A stretch of DNA of 62,376 nt, counting the filler, from Nemertoderma westbladi (lineage: Eukaryota > Animalia > Xenacoelomorpha): NCBI GenBank assembly GCA_032718475.1. It is 4 parts of 4 records of this genome, joined end to end, with 100 filler letters (N's around TTAATTAATTAA, not from the genome) between each part and the next. Parts side by side here need not be neighbours in the genome. Positions count along the whole stretch, not along the records: positions 22,693 to 40,806 come from JAUCBJ010003967.1; 3 more parts are not named here. One strand, written 5' to 3'. The notes under the pieces are model-generated. The model had not been told where the DNA came from. It saw nothing but the letters and a program-made list of their open reading frames with translations, and ran no database searches. The first letter of the stretch is position 1; every line of letters starts with the position of its first letter. The position numbers were made by a program, and so were the translations under genes. Positions 22,693-34,904 of this stretch are shown in pieces.

Positions 22693-24803
22693 GTAAGTTT
22701 GTATAATGTATTACCCCACCAGATGAATACCTCTTCCCAGTGAATCCTATAACAATAGTCTATAAGGTTACTCACTGCTATGTTAGGTGGGAGGGAGTTG
22801 ATGATAATGAATGAGGAGGGGACACAACTAACACTACGTTTGTCTATGGACGGCCCTCTTTATAGCCAGCTGGCTGGCTTTTCTAGTTGAATCATATTAT
22901 TCCGCAACTAAATAATTTCCTCTTTTAGACGAATTTGTGCATTTTTTTGCCGGACTAACAAATTTTGGCGACGTTCTGTGCGAGATTGGCGATATTTGAA
23001 AAGATTCTGAGGCTCAAATATGTTGCTCAGATGGACTGAATATCTCAAATAAAAACGTTGGTGCCTACTCGACGAGTTGAAATCGGTGAAATTCGACTTT
23101 AAATTTTCAAAACCGCTATTTTTCAGTGACCCCGTGATCGAAACGCCACAAAAAATATAGTCTTGTGCGCAACCAAAATTTATGGAGAGTTTGTTATTAA
23201 AATTTTTGCTTACCTGCTTGAGTATTTGAGATATTGGATGGTTATACATATATACACACACACACACACAACGACATCGTGTTTTTTAAGCGGCTCAACT
23301 CTTGACAAGAACTACCCTGGCCTATTAATAGGCAGGTCCGTTATAATATAAAATATTTCTAGATTTATAAGTATTTAAAACTGATAATTTTATACAAATG
23401 AGCCGCACCAACCTTTTGGGGATTTTTGGGGAATGGGGGGTTCTAAGCGTTATCTGGAAACTTAAAAAACAAGCTGTAAATTACGTAATTGAGTTATTAT
23501 ATTATATAATTACTATGATAATTACTCATTCATACATCAGAAAAACTTATTATTTTAATTAGAATTAAAAGAACATAAGGAGCCGGAACCAGAAAATTGG
23601 CCCGGAGCTCCGGAAGCTCTGTCACATCCCTAAATTCACCCACCAAATGTGTCAAAAGGCGCGCCATTATTGTATCACGACTAACACTCACATATGTTCT
23701 ACATTTATGACCTTTCAGGCAGCCAATAAGGAAATTCATTGTTTTAGGATTCGCCGGTCAGTGACTACTGTAACTACAATGCTTACAGTAAGCAACCTAA
23801 TTATAACAGTTCGCTGACTCGTCCCTCATGCAAAAAAAATACAAAAAAACCATAATTTTGGCATAAATGTGATTGGTTAATATTATAAGCTATACTGTAC
23901 TGACAATGAAAAGAAAGTGTAATATTGTAAGTCATACAAAAATAATTAATTAATTTAATATTTTACGAATTAAGTTTTTTTTTACAAGAGTATGTAGACT
24001 AGACATTGCAACACAGCTTTCAAAAGTTTAGAAAGCCCATCGTTTAGTTTATTTTAGTTTAATCGCCACGATTTCAGACAAACTTTGGGCCAAATTTGTT
24101 GAGAACGTATGAAATTGTTGTCATTAATAATTACTGTAGCTATACTAACATGCAAGACAATTTGTGCATTATAATTTAATTTACATTAATCAAATCTTCA
24201 AACTTATTTCTTCCTTATGTACTTCAGTGGAATATAATGTATGTTAACCACCCATGGTGCGTAGGTTTGACACTATTATACTGTCGCTTGTAATCAATTG
24301 TGCTTAAGTAATCGATGCAGTGTTTAACTAAACACTTACACACAGCCACTGTATTTTACTATTAGGGCCTATTATATTATTTTATGTAAATTATTACAAG
24401 GATTGGGGCATATTAGAAAAGTTTTTAAAAATAATTTACCTGAAAGAAGTCTTCTTCGAAAATTTATTAAGAAAGAGATGCAAGTTATGTATAAATTTGA
24501 GAGGGTTGAGACTTATGAAAGACCACCATACACAGGAAAGCGGAAACTCATTTTTACGGGATCATCTTGTAAATATGAAAATAAAATGAATTACAACGTT
24601 TGATTTTGATAAGTAATCATTTATTTTGGTGAACACGTCTCGTGCCTATATATTTTGCGAAATAAGGAGTTACTTATTTTTGTTTGAATAATTGGTTTTG
24701 GTATGACAATTTATTTGATTTAGTGTTGAAAAGTTGTTTTTAGTTGTTGAAAAATTGTTTTATTAATAATTGAGCAGTAGTAAGGAAAGCTTGAAAAGTA
24801 GAT

Positions 24804-25648
24804 AATTATATTATATTTTATTTATATTTAAACGTCAAGCTACTAATAGTAAAAAAACCGAACCGGTAGGTATGTACAACAAGTAAATAAAAATCGACTG
24901 GAGACCCAGACATGCATGTAATAGTGATCAGCTGACTGCAGACAGCTGATCGGTAGGTTTCGCCCCAATACAGCGGGCTTTCTCAGGATGCTCAAGCTAG
25001 CAGGACGACAGTAGAGTGAAGTTCCCAAAGGAGAAGAACAGGCAAAGTGTGATGGGGCTGATACATACTAACTAACCACTGGGAAGCAGCACCACAAACT
25101 TACGCCAATCACGTTTCTGCTTGTTGATAACTGGCTGGCGCGTGCGAATATAGTACATTTCAAGCTTTTGCAGAACAGGCCGCAATGGGTGCCTAGCAAT
25201 AACTTTGAAATGTTTAAAAAGCTCGCGCCAGTCAGTCAGCCAACGTGTATTGGGCTCGCCGCGGTGCGTCATGATGTGGTTGTACACAGTCTTGCCCTGC
25301 TCACTCCCGTCATTGGCTGTACCGTCCTGGTGTTGTCTAACGCGTTCAAACAGGTGTTGGATAGTGTGTCCAACATATTCCCCCTTACAAGAGGGACAGG
25401 AGAAAGAATAAACGACGTTAGAAACAAGGATATCAGGGACAGGATGTTTTAATGATGGGAGCGACTGGCGCAGTTTGGAGGTTGTTTGGGGCGAAACCTA
25501 CCGATCAGCTGTCTGCAGTCAGCTGATCACTATTACATGCATGTCTGGGTCTGGGTCGATTTTTATTTACTTGTTGTACATACCTACCGGTACGGTTTTC
25601 TACTATTAGTAGCTTGACGTTTAAATATAAATAAAATATAATATAATT
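24804..25648 (-). mobile_element. 5'-truncated Penelope-like retroelement: GIY-YIG endonuclease remnant with inverted terminal (pLTR) duplication
   Basis: Minus frame 25485-25072 reads TSKLRQSLPSLKHPVPDILVSNVVYSFSCPSCKGEYVGHTIQHLFERVRQH...LEMYYIRTRQPVINKQ (GIY-YIG). 24804-24968 is inverted at 25486-25648. Confidence 0.9.
24948..24991 (-). ncRNA. Variant minimal hammerhead-ribozyme-like motif in the Penelope-like terminal repeat
   Basis: Minus strand ATC-CTGAGAAA-GCCC-gctgtattg-GGGC-GAAA-CCTACC-GAT resembles core-stem II-GAAA. The core deviates from canonical CUGANGA. Confidence 0.5.
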
Positions 25649-25693
25649 TTATTAATAATGTTTTAATGAGTTTTCATTTTATCTGTTGGCGAT

Positions 25694-25943
25694 AATTTTT
25701 AGGTCCGCGTAGCGAGACCTCCAGTATTTTCTCCGTTGTTGTTGTTGTCTTAATTTCTATTTGGGTTTTGGTTTAAAGACTTCATACGGCGCAATGGCGA
25801 TGTTGGTAGAGCGTGGGACTTGGAATCTCTAGGTACCGAGTTCTATCCTCCATTCCGGTGAATAATTTCTTGTTGAAAGATTGGTAGTAAGCCATTTAAG
25901 GAGACAGTTTATGCGTTAGTAGACGCGGACCTTTGCTCTTGTT
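25694..25943 (+). mobile_element. Short Helentron-associated (HINE/DINE-like) element containing a tRNA-like segment
   Basis: Starts T-run-AGGTCCGCGTAGCGAGACCT (hairpin), then (GTT)n, with subterminal inverted repeat ACGCGGACCT at ~25923-25932. A-box-like TGGCGATGTTGG (~25795) and B-box-like GAGTTCTATCC (~25838). Confidence 0.55.
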
Positions 25944-28900
25944 GAGTGTGGCATTTACATTGTATGTGTTGTCAAGTTATTTTGGTTGAGTTTTCTACAC
26001 CATCTTGAACTGAACTCTCTTTAATTTGTAGACTTTTAACTAAACTCAGATTTTTGAATAAATAATCGTACGTTACCCAATTCTTTTATAATTGAGTGTG
26101 TGGGGTGTAAGTGTAACCAGTAGTAGTAAGTAGTGTAAGTAGTAGTACGGTGGTGTGGGATGGGCATGGCGGGTTGGGTGTGGTAGGTATGATACAATGG
26201 GTACATATTTAAATAAATGATTTTAATCGATTTATTTAAATCAATGGTAATGAGCTTAAACTATTACTATGTTAAAGAATTAACATTAGTTGTTACACCA
26301 AAGTTGACGTAGATTCTTTATTATAATATTGATTTATAATATTTCGATTACAACAAAATAAACCAGATAAGCACATTGAAGACTAAAGCAAGTTATAAAC
26401 CTTTACTATACCCTGCTAATGAACAACCATTATTACTGAACTTAAAAGCTTTAGCAATTAATATATTATAATTAATTTAATAATTATTAATAATAAGTAT
26501 TACTTATAAATCTTTAAAACTAGAGATTTACAACATAATTACCGAATACTTTATCAAACGAGAATGACTTAGTGTTTACGATATGAAACATGCTAATGTA
26601 AAAAATACCACTTCGGGCCTAAACTATAATTCACTAATGAACACAATTTACAACTAAATGCGATCTTGTGATATCTTTTTATTCCAAAATTATTCAACGC
26701 CTTTAGTATTAACAGCGAGTTGTTATTTAGCACTTTATAACTTTAGAGGACATTACAGCATTGTATTGGCCTGTACATTTAGTATTGTATTTGGTGTTAT
26801 CCGTTAAGTAATGTCCCCTTAGTGGACATTACTTAACGCCGTCATTGTTAACTACGTAAACAATAGGTGGAAATTTGCCTGACAGCCAGATAGGCCTACT
26901 GCATTACCTACCGGTAGGCGGGGTATAGCTATTAATAACCAGTAGGGCCTTGCTATATTATTATAACATGGCTCCAAACGCCACCATAAATATAAGCTAA
27001 CTTATTTATAACATAATTTATGTCATTTTTACATTTATTTATACAGCAACTAATTTTATTTGTGCAGTTTCCATCACTTATAATATAAAATACAATCATT
27101 TCGTAATGTTACAATTTTGGAATAAAACTTGTTGGAAAGTACTTTACACAGTGTTCTGATCCTCGGGGCTTTATTTTCACTCACTCACTAACGTTCGTTC
27201 GTGTAACAAAGCCACTCGGATCATCACACTGTCAATACTAATAGCGTTAAGTAATGTTGGAATTTTGGAACAAATTATAGACTTTTTAAGCATAAACAAT
27301 AAATTAAACAAAATAAGTTAAGTAACATAATAATTAATAATATTGGTTTATAATAAACCATCACCCTATTATTAATCAAATTAGTAGCACCCATGTAAAG
27401 GTTATAATTAGTATCGTATACTTAAAAATTAGTTAATAGCAATAAAAGCGGCAATTTGAACCTTTAAGTAAATCATAAATCAATTAATCATTTTTATTTT
27501 TATTTGTATTAAATATATAAATAAATAATAATTACAAAATAATTTAAGCAATTATAATAAAAAGTTCAGTTTATATGAATCGTATGATTTTATTAAATTT
27601 TCCACCAAATTAAGTGCGAGACGAAAAATAATCTACTAGAATACAAATTGTTTTTAAATAAAAAAAATTCAATTTTCGAAAAAAAAAAAACAATAAAAGT
27701 TGTTGATCTATAAGTTACAGTGTCACAGTTCCTTATGGGAGAACAGGAACTCGAGAATAGGGATGAGTCATGTAAATAACAATTAGGGAAGCAGCGATAC
27801 AAGCTTGGGCCAATCAAAACTCTGTTTGTTTAAAAAGGCCTGACGCAACGTGGAAATAATAATTAATAATCCCAATATTTTATTGAAATTGTCTGAGTAA
27901 TTACAAAATATTTAAACAAGGAAAGATGCATGTTTCGCTATGATAGCGAATAGCACGAAACCATACTGCACCGGTTCGATCCCAGGTGACAAACTTTTCT
28001 CTACTTAGAGATTTTCATATTTACCTATTTGTATAAAGTTGCATTAACTAGAATGTTTTTATTATGAAAAAAAACTCGAAAATGATTGGCCAGTATTAAT
28101 TGAGGGATGTGTCATAGCGTCCCCAACCCTTACCGGTCTATCCAACACAAACAAGATTATTTTACGTTAATGTTGTTTTTACTTAACGTGGTAGTTAATT
28201 AATTAAAATCATATTCATCGTGAATACTATCGTAATATTTTATAGCACTCTAATAGACTTTAAGTAATTTAAGTTCTTTACTAAACAAATCAATTTAATT
28301 AAATAGGGTTAATCTTGGCATCAAATAATTTCATGGGCACAATAATATTAAACTAATATAAAATCGGTAATTTATTTTTATCGTAACCTAATTGATTAGT
28401 TAGTTAATTACCAGAAATAGATTATAATTTAGAATAGGAATATTTTTAAGAAGTCATACAATTTCTAAATAAGACATTTCTAAACAGTTACAAAACTTCT
28501 ACCGCAATAAAACAAACACCAAATCTCTTTTTATGTAAATTTGACTTACTGGACGGTTTTCGCTAGGACTTTTTCGATCGTATTTTACCAAGATATTCTC
28601 AACTCGCTCAAAATAGTCACAAAGAATCGAGAGTTAATTAAATGTCAACATTAAAGCACAAAATAAAATTATTCCAGAACAAAACACGCATTTTTTTAAT
28701 GCGTGTTTAGCATTATAATGTTAGAATTTTAATTTTAATGATAATGTATTACATTTAATTGCTTTTAACTATTTGGGATATTATTTTGGGTCAGTTTTTC
28801 CGTATAAAAAACCTAAAAAAGACTCGAAAACTGCGAAAACGGCCCTTTATATAGAAGTAAGAGGTACAGTATGAATACAAAACTGCCTCAACAGAACCAC

Positions 28901-30002
28901 AATGACTTCCAAAAATAAATAAATTTATATGAAAGGACATTAAAAATAATTGTTTTAATACCAAGTTTTATAAACGGCATAAGTAATTTATAGATTATGA
29001 TTTGTGTTCCTTTTAAGTTAAGTACGGAATTGTTTGTATCATCAACACTTGGTGGTGTGGCTCCGGTTATTGGCTCAGGTCAATTACATATTTTAATTAG
29101 AGCTGATTCCCAGTGGCTAGTTAATGTACACCATCTCATTTCGTTACAGGGGCCGTTCCTTCTCTCTTTGGGACTTCACTCCTGTCTTTTCCCAGCTTGG
29201 CCCCTTGATAATGCCTTCCAATGGGAGGCGAAACCAACCGACCACTGAAGCTTACTGATTGCAAACAAATGTCTTGGTTACTTTTAGTAACAATGTGTTG
29301 GCAAGCTGTATTTTACGAGGTGTTTGTTATTATACATTTATTATAGGAAGGGATCTAGAGGTCTTAACCTCGAATGATAAGTTTATTTTACCGAAAATAA
29401 CTTAAACTGTTTAATCAAAATTTGGTTTCAAAATAATGTCATTTCATTTTGAAAGTTACTGTGTGTTGAGGTTGAAATGGTGCCCAAGATATTGAGTCAT
29501 ACATACCTCCTACCTCTGTACGTATTGATAACTTGTTAATTATTATAATTAGCACAAAGGTATATAATATAGGCAACAAATAATATGGACTTTGAAGAAC
29601 ATAAAACAATGACATCCGAAATACTGAAAAAAGGGATTATTTAAACCTTTACGGGGGTGTTCATAAAGGGTGTTTGTCATGTAACGCTAATTGAACGCGA
29701 ACTCTCGAATTCTTAAGTCCTCTGACCTCCAGTATCAGATCATATTATACAAAACTTGTAGCACCTCAATGTCCAAAAGCTGCTCTACCCAGCAATCTTA
29801 CCGCTTAAAGTTCGCTGGTATCTGGACAGAGATGGTGACCTGCTAATAATTCAATAACTTTTGATAATTGATGGATGATTTAGTGGTTTGGGTGGGACAC
29901 TTTTGTTTCTGGGTCTGCCGATATTCCACCTTATTTAATCACATGGCTAATCATGCCAAGTACTGTAGGAGTACGGCACGGTACGATTACGATATTATTA
30001 AC

Positions 30003-31708
30003 TACCACATGTTGCTGTGACAAAGTGAAGACCACCTGTTGCTATCACAAATTGAACACCACATGCTGCTGTCACAAAGTGAACACCACATGCTGCTGTC
30101 ACAAAGTGAACACCACATGTTGCTGTCACAAAGTGAACACCACATGTTGCTGTCACAAAGTGAACACCACATGCTGCTGTCAAAAAATGAACACCACATG
30201 CTGAGCTGATGTCATAAAGTGAACACCACATGCTGCTGTCACAAAGTGAACACCACATGATGCTGTCACAAAGTGAACACCACATGATGCTGTCACAAAG
30301 TGAACACCACATGCTGCTGTCATAAAGTGAACACCTCATGCTGCTGTCAAAAAATGAACACCACATGCTGAGCTGATGTCATAAAGTGAACACCACATGC
30401 TGCTGTCACAAAGTGAACACCACCTGTTGCTATAATAAAGTGAACACCACCTGTTGCTATCACAAAGTGAACACCACATGCTGCTGTCATAAAGTGAACA
30501 CCTCATGCTGCTGTCAAAAAATGAACACCACATGCTGAGCTGATGTCATAAAGTGAACACCACATGCTGCTGTCACAAAGTGAACACCACATGATGCTGT
30601 CACAAAGTGAACACCACATGATGCTGTCACAAAGTGAACACCACATGCTGCTGTCATAAAGTTAACACCTCATGCTGCTGTCAAAAAATGAACACCACAT
30701 GCTGAGCTGATGTCATAAAGTGAACACCACATGCTGCTGTCACAAAGTGAACACCACCTGTTGCTATCATAAAGTGAACACCACCTGTTGCTATCACAAA
30801 GTGAACACCACATGCTGCTGTCATAAAGTGAACACCTCATGCTGCTGTCAAAAAATGAACACCACATGCTGAGCTGATGTCATAAAGTGAACACCACATG
30901 CTGCTGTCATAAAGTGAACACCACATGCTGCTGTCACAAAGTGAACACCACCTGTTGCTATCATAAAGTGAACACCACCTGTTGCTGTCACAAAGTGAAC
31001 ACCACCTGTTGCTATCATAAAGTGAACACCACCTGTTGCTATCACAAAGTGAACACCACCTGTTGCTATCACAAAGTGAACACCACATGCTGCTGTCATA
31101 AAGTGAACACCTCATGCTGCTGTCAAAAAATGAACACCACATGCTGAGCTGATGTCATAAAGTGAACACCACATGCTGCTGTCACAAAGTGAACACCACA
31201 TGATGCTGTCACAAAGTGAACACCACATGATGCTGTCACAAAGTGAACACCACATGCTGCTGTCATAAAGTGAACACCTCATGCTGCTGTCAAAAAATGA
31301 ACACCACATGCTGAGCTGATGTCATAAAGTGAACACCACATGCTGCTGTCACAAAGTGAACACCACATGATGCTGTCACAAAGTGAACACCACATGATGC
31401 TGTCACAAAGTGAACACCACATGCTGCTGTCATAAAGTGAACACCTCATGCTGCTGTCAAAAAATGAACACCACATGCTGAGCTGATGTCATAAAGTGAA
31501 CACCACATGCTGCTGTCACAAAGTGAACACCACATGATGCTGTCACAAAGTGAACACCACATGATGCTGTCACAAAGTGAACACCACATGCTGCTGTCAC
31601 AAAGTGAACACCACATGATGCTGTCATAAAGTGAACACCACATGTTGCTGTCACAAAGTGAACACCACATGTTGCAGTCACAATGTGAACACCACATGCT
31701 GCTGTCAC
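30003..31708. repeat. 27-bp satellite (AAAGTGAACACCACATGCTGCTGTCAC), ~60 monomers, with a 167-bp higher-order unit
   Basis: Monomer read directly. Marker TCAAAAAATGAACACCACATGCTGAGCTGATG recurs mostly every 167 bp (5x27+32), once at 275 bp. Confidence 0.98.
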
Positions 31709-32091
31709 ATCTGCCTAACCCACAGTGTCACGAAGTTTGCACACCTTTTATAAACACCGCCGGTTTTTTTTAATACAATGAACCAACATTTATAATATTA
31801 ATTACGACTGCGAGATTTTGATGAAATAATATATCGCAGAACGTATTGAAACTGAAACATAAAATGACCCGTTACGGGTGTCTGACGTACAACGAACACA
31901 AATTTTATACATTCATCGAAAGCATTGTATCATTAGTTGGGAATTTTAACGATAAAGGACAAGCTGGTTTGAATAATCCTGTTGACATTGGCAATAATAC
32001 GTTAGAGAGCTTAAACAAGTAATTGACAACAACGGCCAATTTCCTTAACAACAAATAAATAATCAATTGGTTACAAATTGTTTGTAATTAC

Positions 32092-33002
32092 CTGATCCTG
32101 GAGGGAGAGCGATGAGTGTTTACGGGAGGCCCCGCTGTCTGTCGCGGGAAGGTTGGAATGCTGTGGGCCCCCGGGGGAGGAATGGGCACTGGGCGAGGGA
32201 GAGGGGGCGACGCCCGGGCTCAGGGTGGCGGCGGTAGTATTCCGGGACGATTCCGGGACAGTTTCAACAGGGATACTCACGGGTTCCGGGAAGATCTCGT
32301 CGCAGTGCGACACCAGGAGTTCCACGATGCGGTTCTGATGCGGCATATCGATGAGCGAAGCGAGCGAGACCTGATCATCCGAACCTTGTTTGAATTTAAT
32401 CAAATTCGGTGAGAAAACAATGGCGAGATTGGTGACACTCATCTGATTGTCGGATTCGTGAGAAGCGACAACGGCCAGATGCCGAGCGAGAGCGTGAACG
32501 TTGGCTCTATTCGCGGCAGGTAGGAGCGCAACGACCCTCTTTAAGTTAGCGACAAGATCACCCTCCGATTGCTGTTTGTGCGTCGCCGCGGCGATAAATT
32601 CGTCGTAGAGTTCGTGGGTTAGCAGCGGTTCGGGGAGTCTGCGCACGTAGAGTTTGAGCGCGTTGGCTACGAGATGGGGCTGCGTGTCAGTGAGGAGTTC
32701 CGCTATCGCTGAGACGCCACTAGCGGCGGCGGACTCCAGCTCGGCGCACAGCCGGTCCGTTTTCGATTTGACCCCCGCCAGGCGGTAGATCCCCCGGACG
32801 GACAGCCCGTTGGCTTCCAGCTCGGAGATGCACGCCGAGAGGATGACAGAGACCCCTTCGGGGGTCGCTGGTTGCGCGGCTAACGGCGCGCCGAATGCGA
32901 CGGCGCGCCGCATCGGGGCGCGTTGGTGGCCGTCGCAGAAGTGCTGCAGTGTGGCGAGACAGGCGCTGTGGTAGACCTTGTCGCAGAGAACGCAGAGAGA
33001 CC
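32092..33002 (-). CDS. Rho GTPase-activating protein (ARHGAP45/HMHA1-ARHGAP29-GMIP family), coding exon 3: second half of C1 domain + RhoGAP domain
   Basis: Acceptor ttcttcctctacag at 33003, phase 1. Reads SLCVLCDKVYHSACLATLQHFC, then FG..L, GIYRLAG (arginine finger), LKLYVRRLPEPL and NQMSVTNLAIVFSPNL. Probable donor CAG|GTAATT at 32092/32091; otherwise stop at 32071. Confidence 0.93.
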
Positions 33003-33354
33003 CTGTAGAGGAAGAAGTGAGAATAAATCAATCAACTAATCTCACTAACATTCAACTTTATACACAGGTGATAATTTATGGAATAAACTAAAAAAGTGTT
33101 TAAACGGACAGATATGGGGGGGGGGGGGGGGGGGGGAACTGGACGCAATAAAAATTCATCCCTCACCAGGGGAAATTCGACGGAATAACACCCAATTAAT
33201 TACACTCTAAAATAAAACTGTAACCTGCTCTATTGTGTTTAGTTTATTGTTTTGGTTAAAATAACGTGCCACTGTAACCTGCTCATTTCCCTAAATTTAT
33301 AATTTAACATTGACGCAGGATATTAATTCGCGAAGAGGGATTTGCCCCCCCCCC

Positions 33355-33762
33355 GCCGGTCTCTAAACGGGATCCCAGTCCCAATTCCGACTTTTTTAGA
33401 ACGGGATCCCGAAGAATATAAAGTCAAGTAAATTTGTTGAATATCTGATAAATCGTTACAGTAGAAATTTATTGGTAATTTGGTATTGCAAATTTATTGA
33501 TTACATAAAATCTTTTATGTCGGTAAACCAGCCAGAAATAAATTGTTAAATAATTTTCATATAATAATATTTTTATTTCTAATATTTCAGAAGTGTAAGT
33601 AAGATGAAGTTAATGATACCCAAAAGCCAAAACCCGCCACATATACCAATTGCCTTAAGGAAATTTAATACAAAATTACAACCCCGATCCTGAAAAATGA
33701 GATCCCGAGGGTGATAATCCCGATCCCGGAAATCCCGAGAAGTCTGATCCCTTAAACACTAG
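33355..33762. mobile_element. Possible degenerate hAT-type MITE in intron 2
   Basis: Clusters of GATCCCG/ATCCCG subterminal motifs at both ends. Right end GATCCCTTAAACACTA versus left GGTCTCTAAACGGGATCCC. No clean TSD found. Confidence 0.35.
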
Positions 33763-34356
33763 AATGAAATTCCTGATACGACTTAAAGGCCCAAATGTTT
33801 GAGAGGCGATTTTAAAGCAACATTTAATCGAAACTTAATAAATCACCCCAATTATTGCCTAGAATTCATATTAAATTTTAAACACAATAAAAGCTTAAAA
33901 AAAGCAATTAATTACTAAATAATTAATTTACTTATATCGCTTTACGAAATTTATGCAATATATAAATATATATAGAAGAAAAAGCAACAGGAATGTTATT
34001 TTTTCTAAATATGATTTTAGTGAAATTTATAAATGAAAAAAGCGATTTCTAATTCTAAATACATCTAGGTAGGTAGTTCTTATGGACTGTTGATCAGTCG
34101 GTAGCACGGTGAGTGAGAAGGTGGGTCATTCACAACATTAAATTTTGGGTGATTCTTCAAAATGATGTGGAATAATAATTCCTTCACAATAATTCTGTGC
34201 AAATTATTTTGGTTTTCTAAACAAAATTGAGATTTTCACAATTTTTTCTAACAATTTAAAAACTTTTCGCGGTGAACATTTTGAAAAAATAACAGGAATG
34301 TCTGTGTAAATTGTGGATTATTAGTACCCCCCCCCCCCCCCTCCCCGCCTACCTAC

Positions 34357-34837
34357 CGAGATCAGCAGCCGCAGCGCCCCCTACCGACGGAACATCGCAC
34401 GCCGTACACGCGAACCCCTTAGTGGACCGAGTGAAGGCGTGCGACTTGGCGGCCGCCGATAACACGACACCCTCCACGGCGCCCCCTAGCGACCGATCGC
34501 TGATATCGGCACCGCTGGAGTCGCTCTCCCGTAGCAGGGGATGGGCGCCGACGGTGCCCTGCGGGTGGGGCGAATGGGGAGCACTGTGGGCGCCGCCCCC
34601 AGCGAACGGCTGTCGGATAATGTCGGTGAAGGCCTGGCTGAGCGTCGACTTGGCGGATTTGGATTCGTCGTAACTCGTGGAGAGTCGATCGGGTTTCACG
34701 TAGGGTTCGAACTCGAAATGTTGGAGTAAGTTGAGCGGCGGGTCTGGGGGTTCGACACGGGCGTTGGAGGCGCCGGTCCGGACGAACTGGGCGTACGAGG
34801 TGCCCGGTTCGTACTCAACCGAGAGATCGTAGAGAGT
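34357..34837 (-). CDS. RhoGAP gene coding exon 2: end of F-BAR region, Ser-rich linker, first half of C1 domain
   Basis: Acceptor ttgtttcctag at 34838, phase 0. Reads TLYDLSVEYEPGTSYAQFVR...SAAAKSHAFTRSTKGFACTAC. Donor G|GTAGGT is phase 1 and matches exon 3, completing the H-C-C-C-C-H-C-C C1 pattern. Confidence 0.9.
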
Positions 34838-34904
34838 CTAGGAAACAATTAAACGAGTACAGAAAATAACTTAATTAATCTACCCCTATAATCAGCAAAT
34901 CAGG

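Noticed and set aside
22700-22890. Possible LTR fragment with minus-strand TATAAA
   Set aside because: No TG..CA boundary, TSD or second copy is visible, and it lies next to a gap.
29953-31708. Cys-rich metallothionein- or keratin-associated-like ORFs
   Set aside because: Translations of the 27-bp satellite on both strands, repeatedly broken by the 32-bp variant.
34349-34356. Alternative donor AG|GTAGGC at 34353, or read-through to the stop at 34349
   Set aside because: Only the phase-1 donor at 34357 joins exon 3 in frame and completes the C1 domain.
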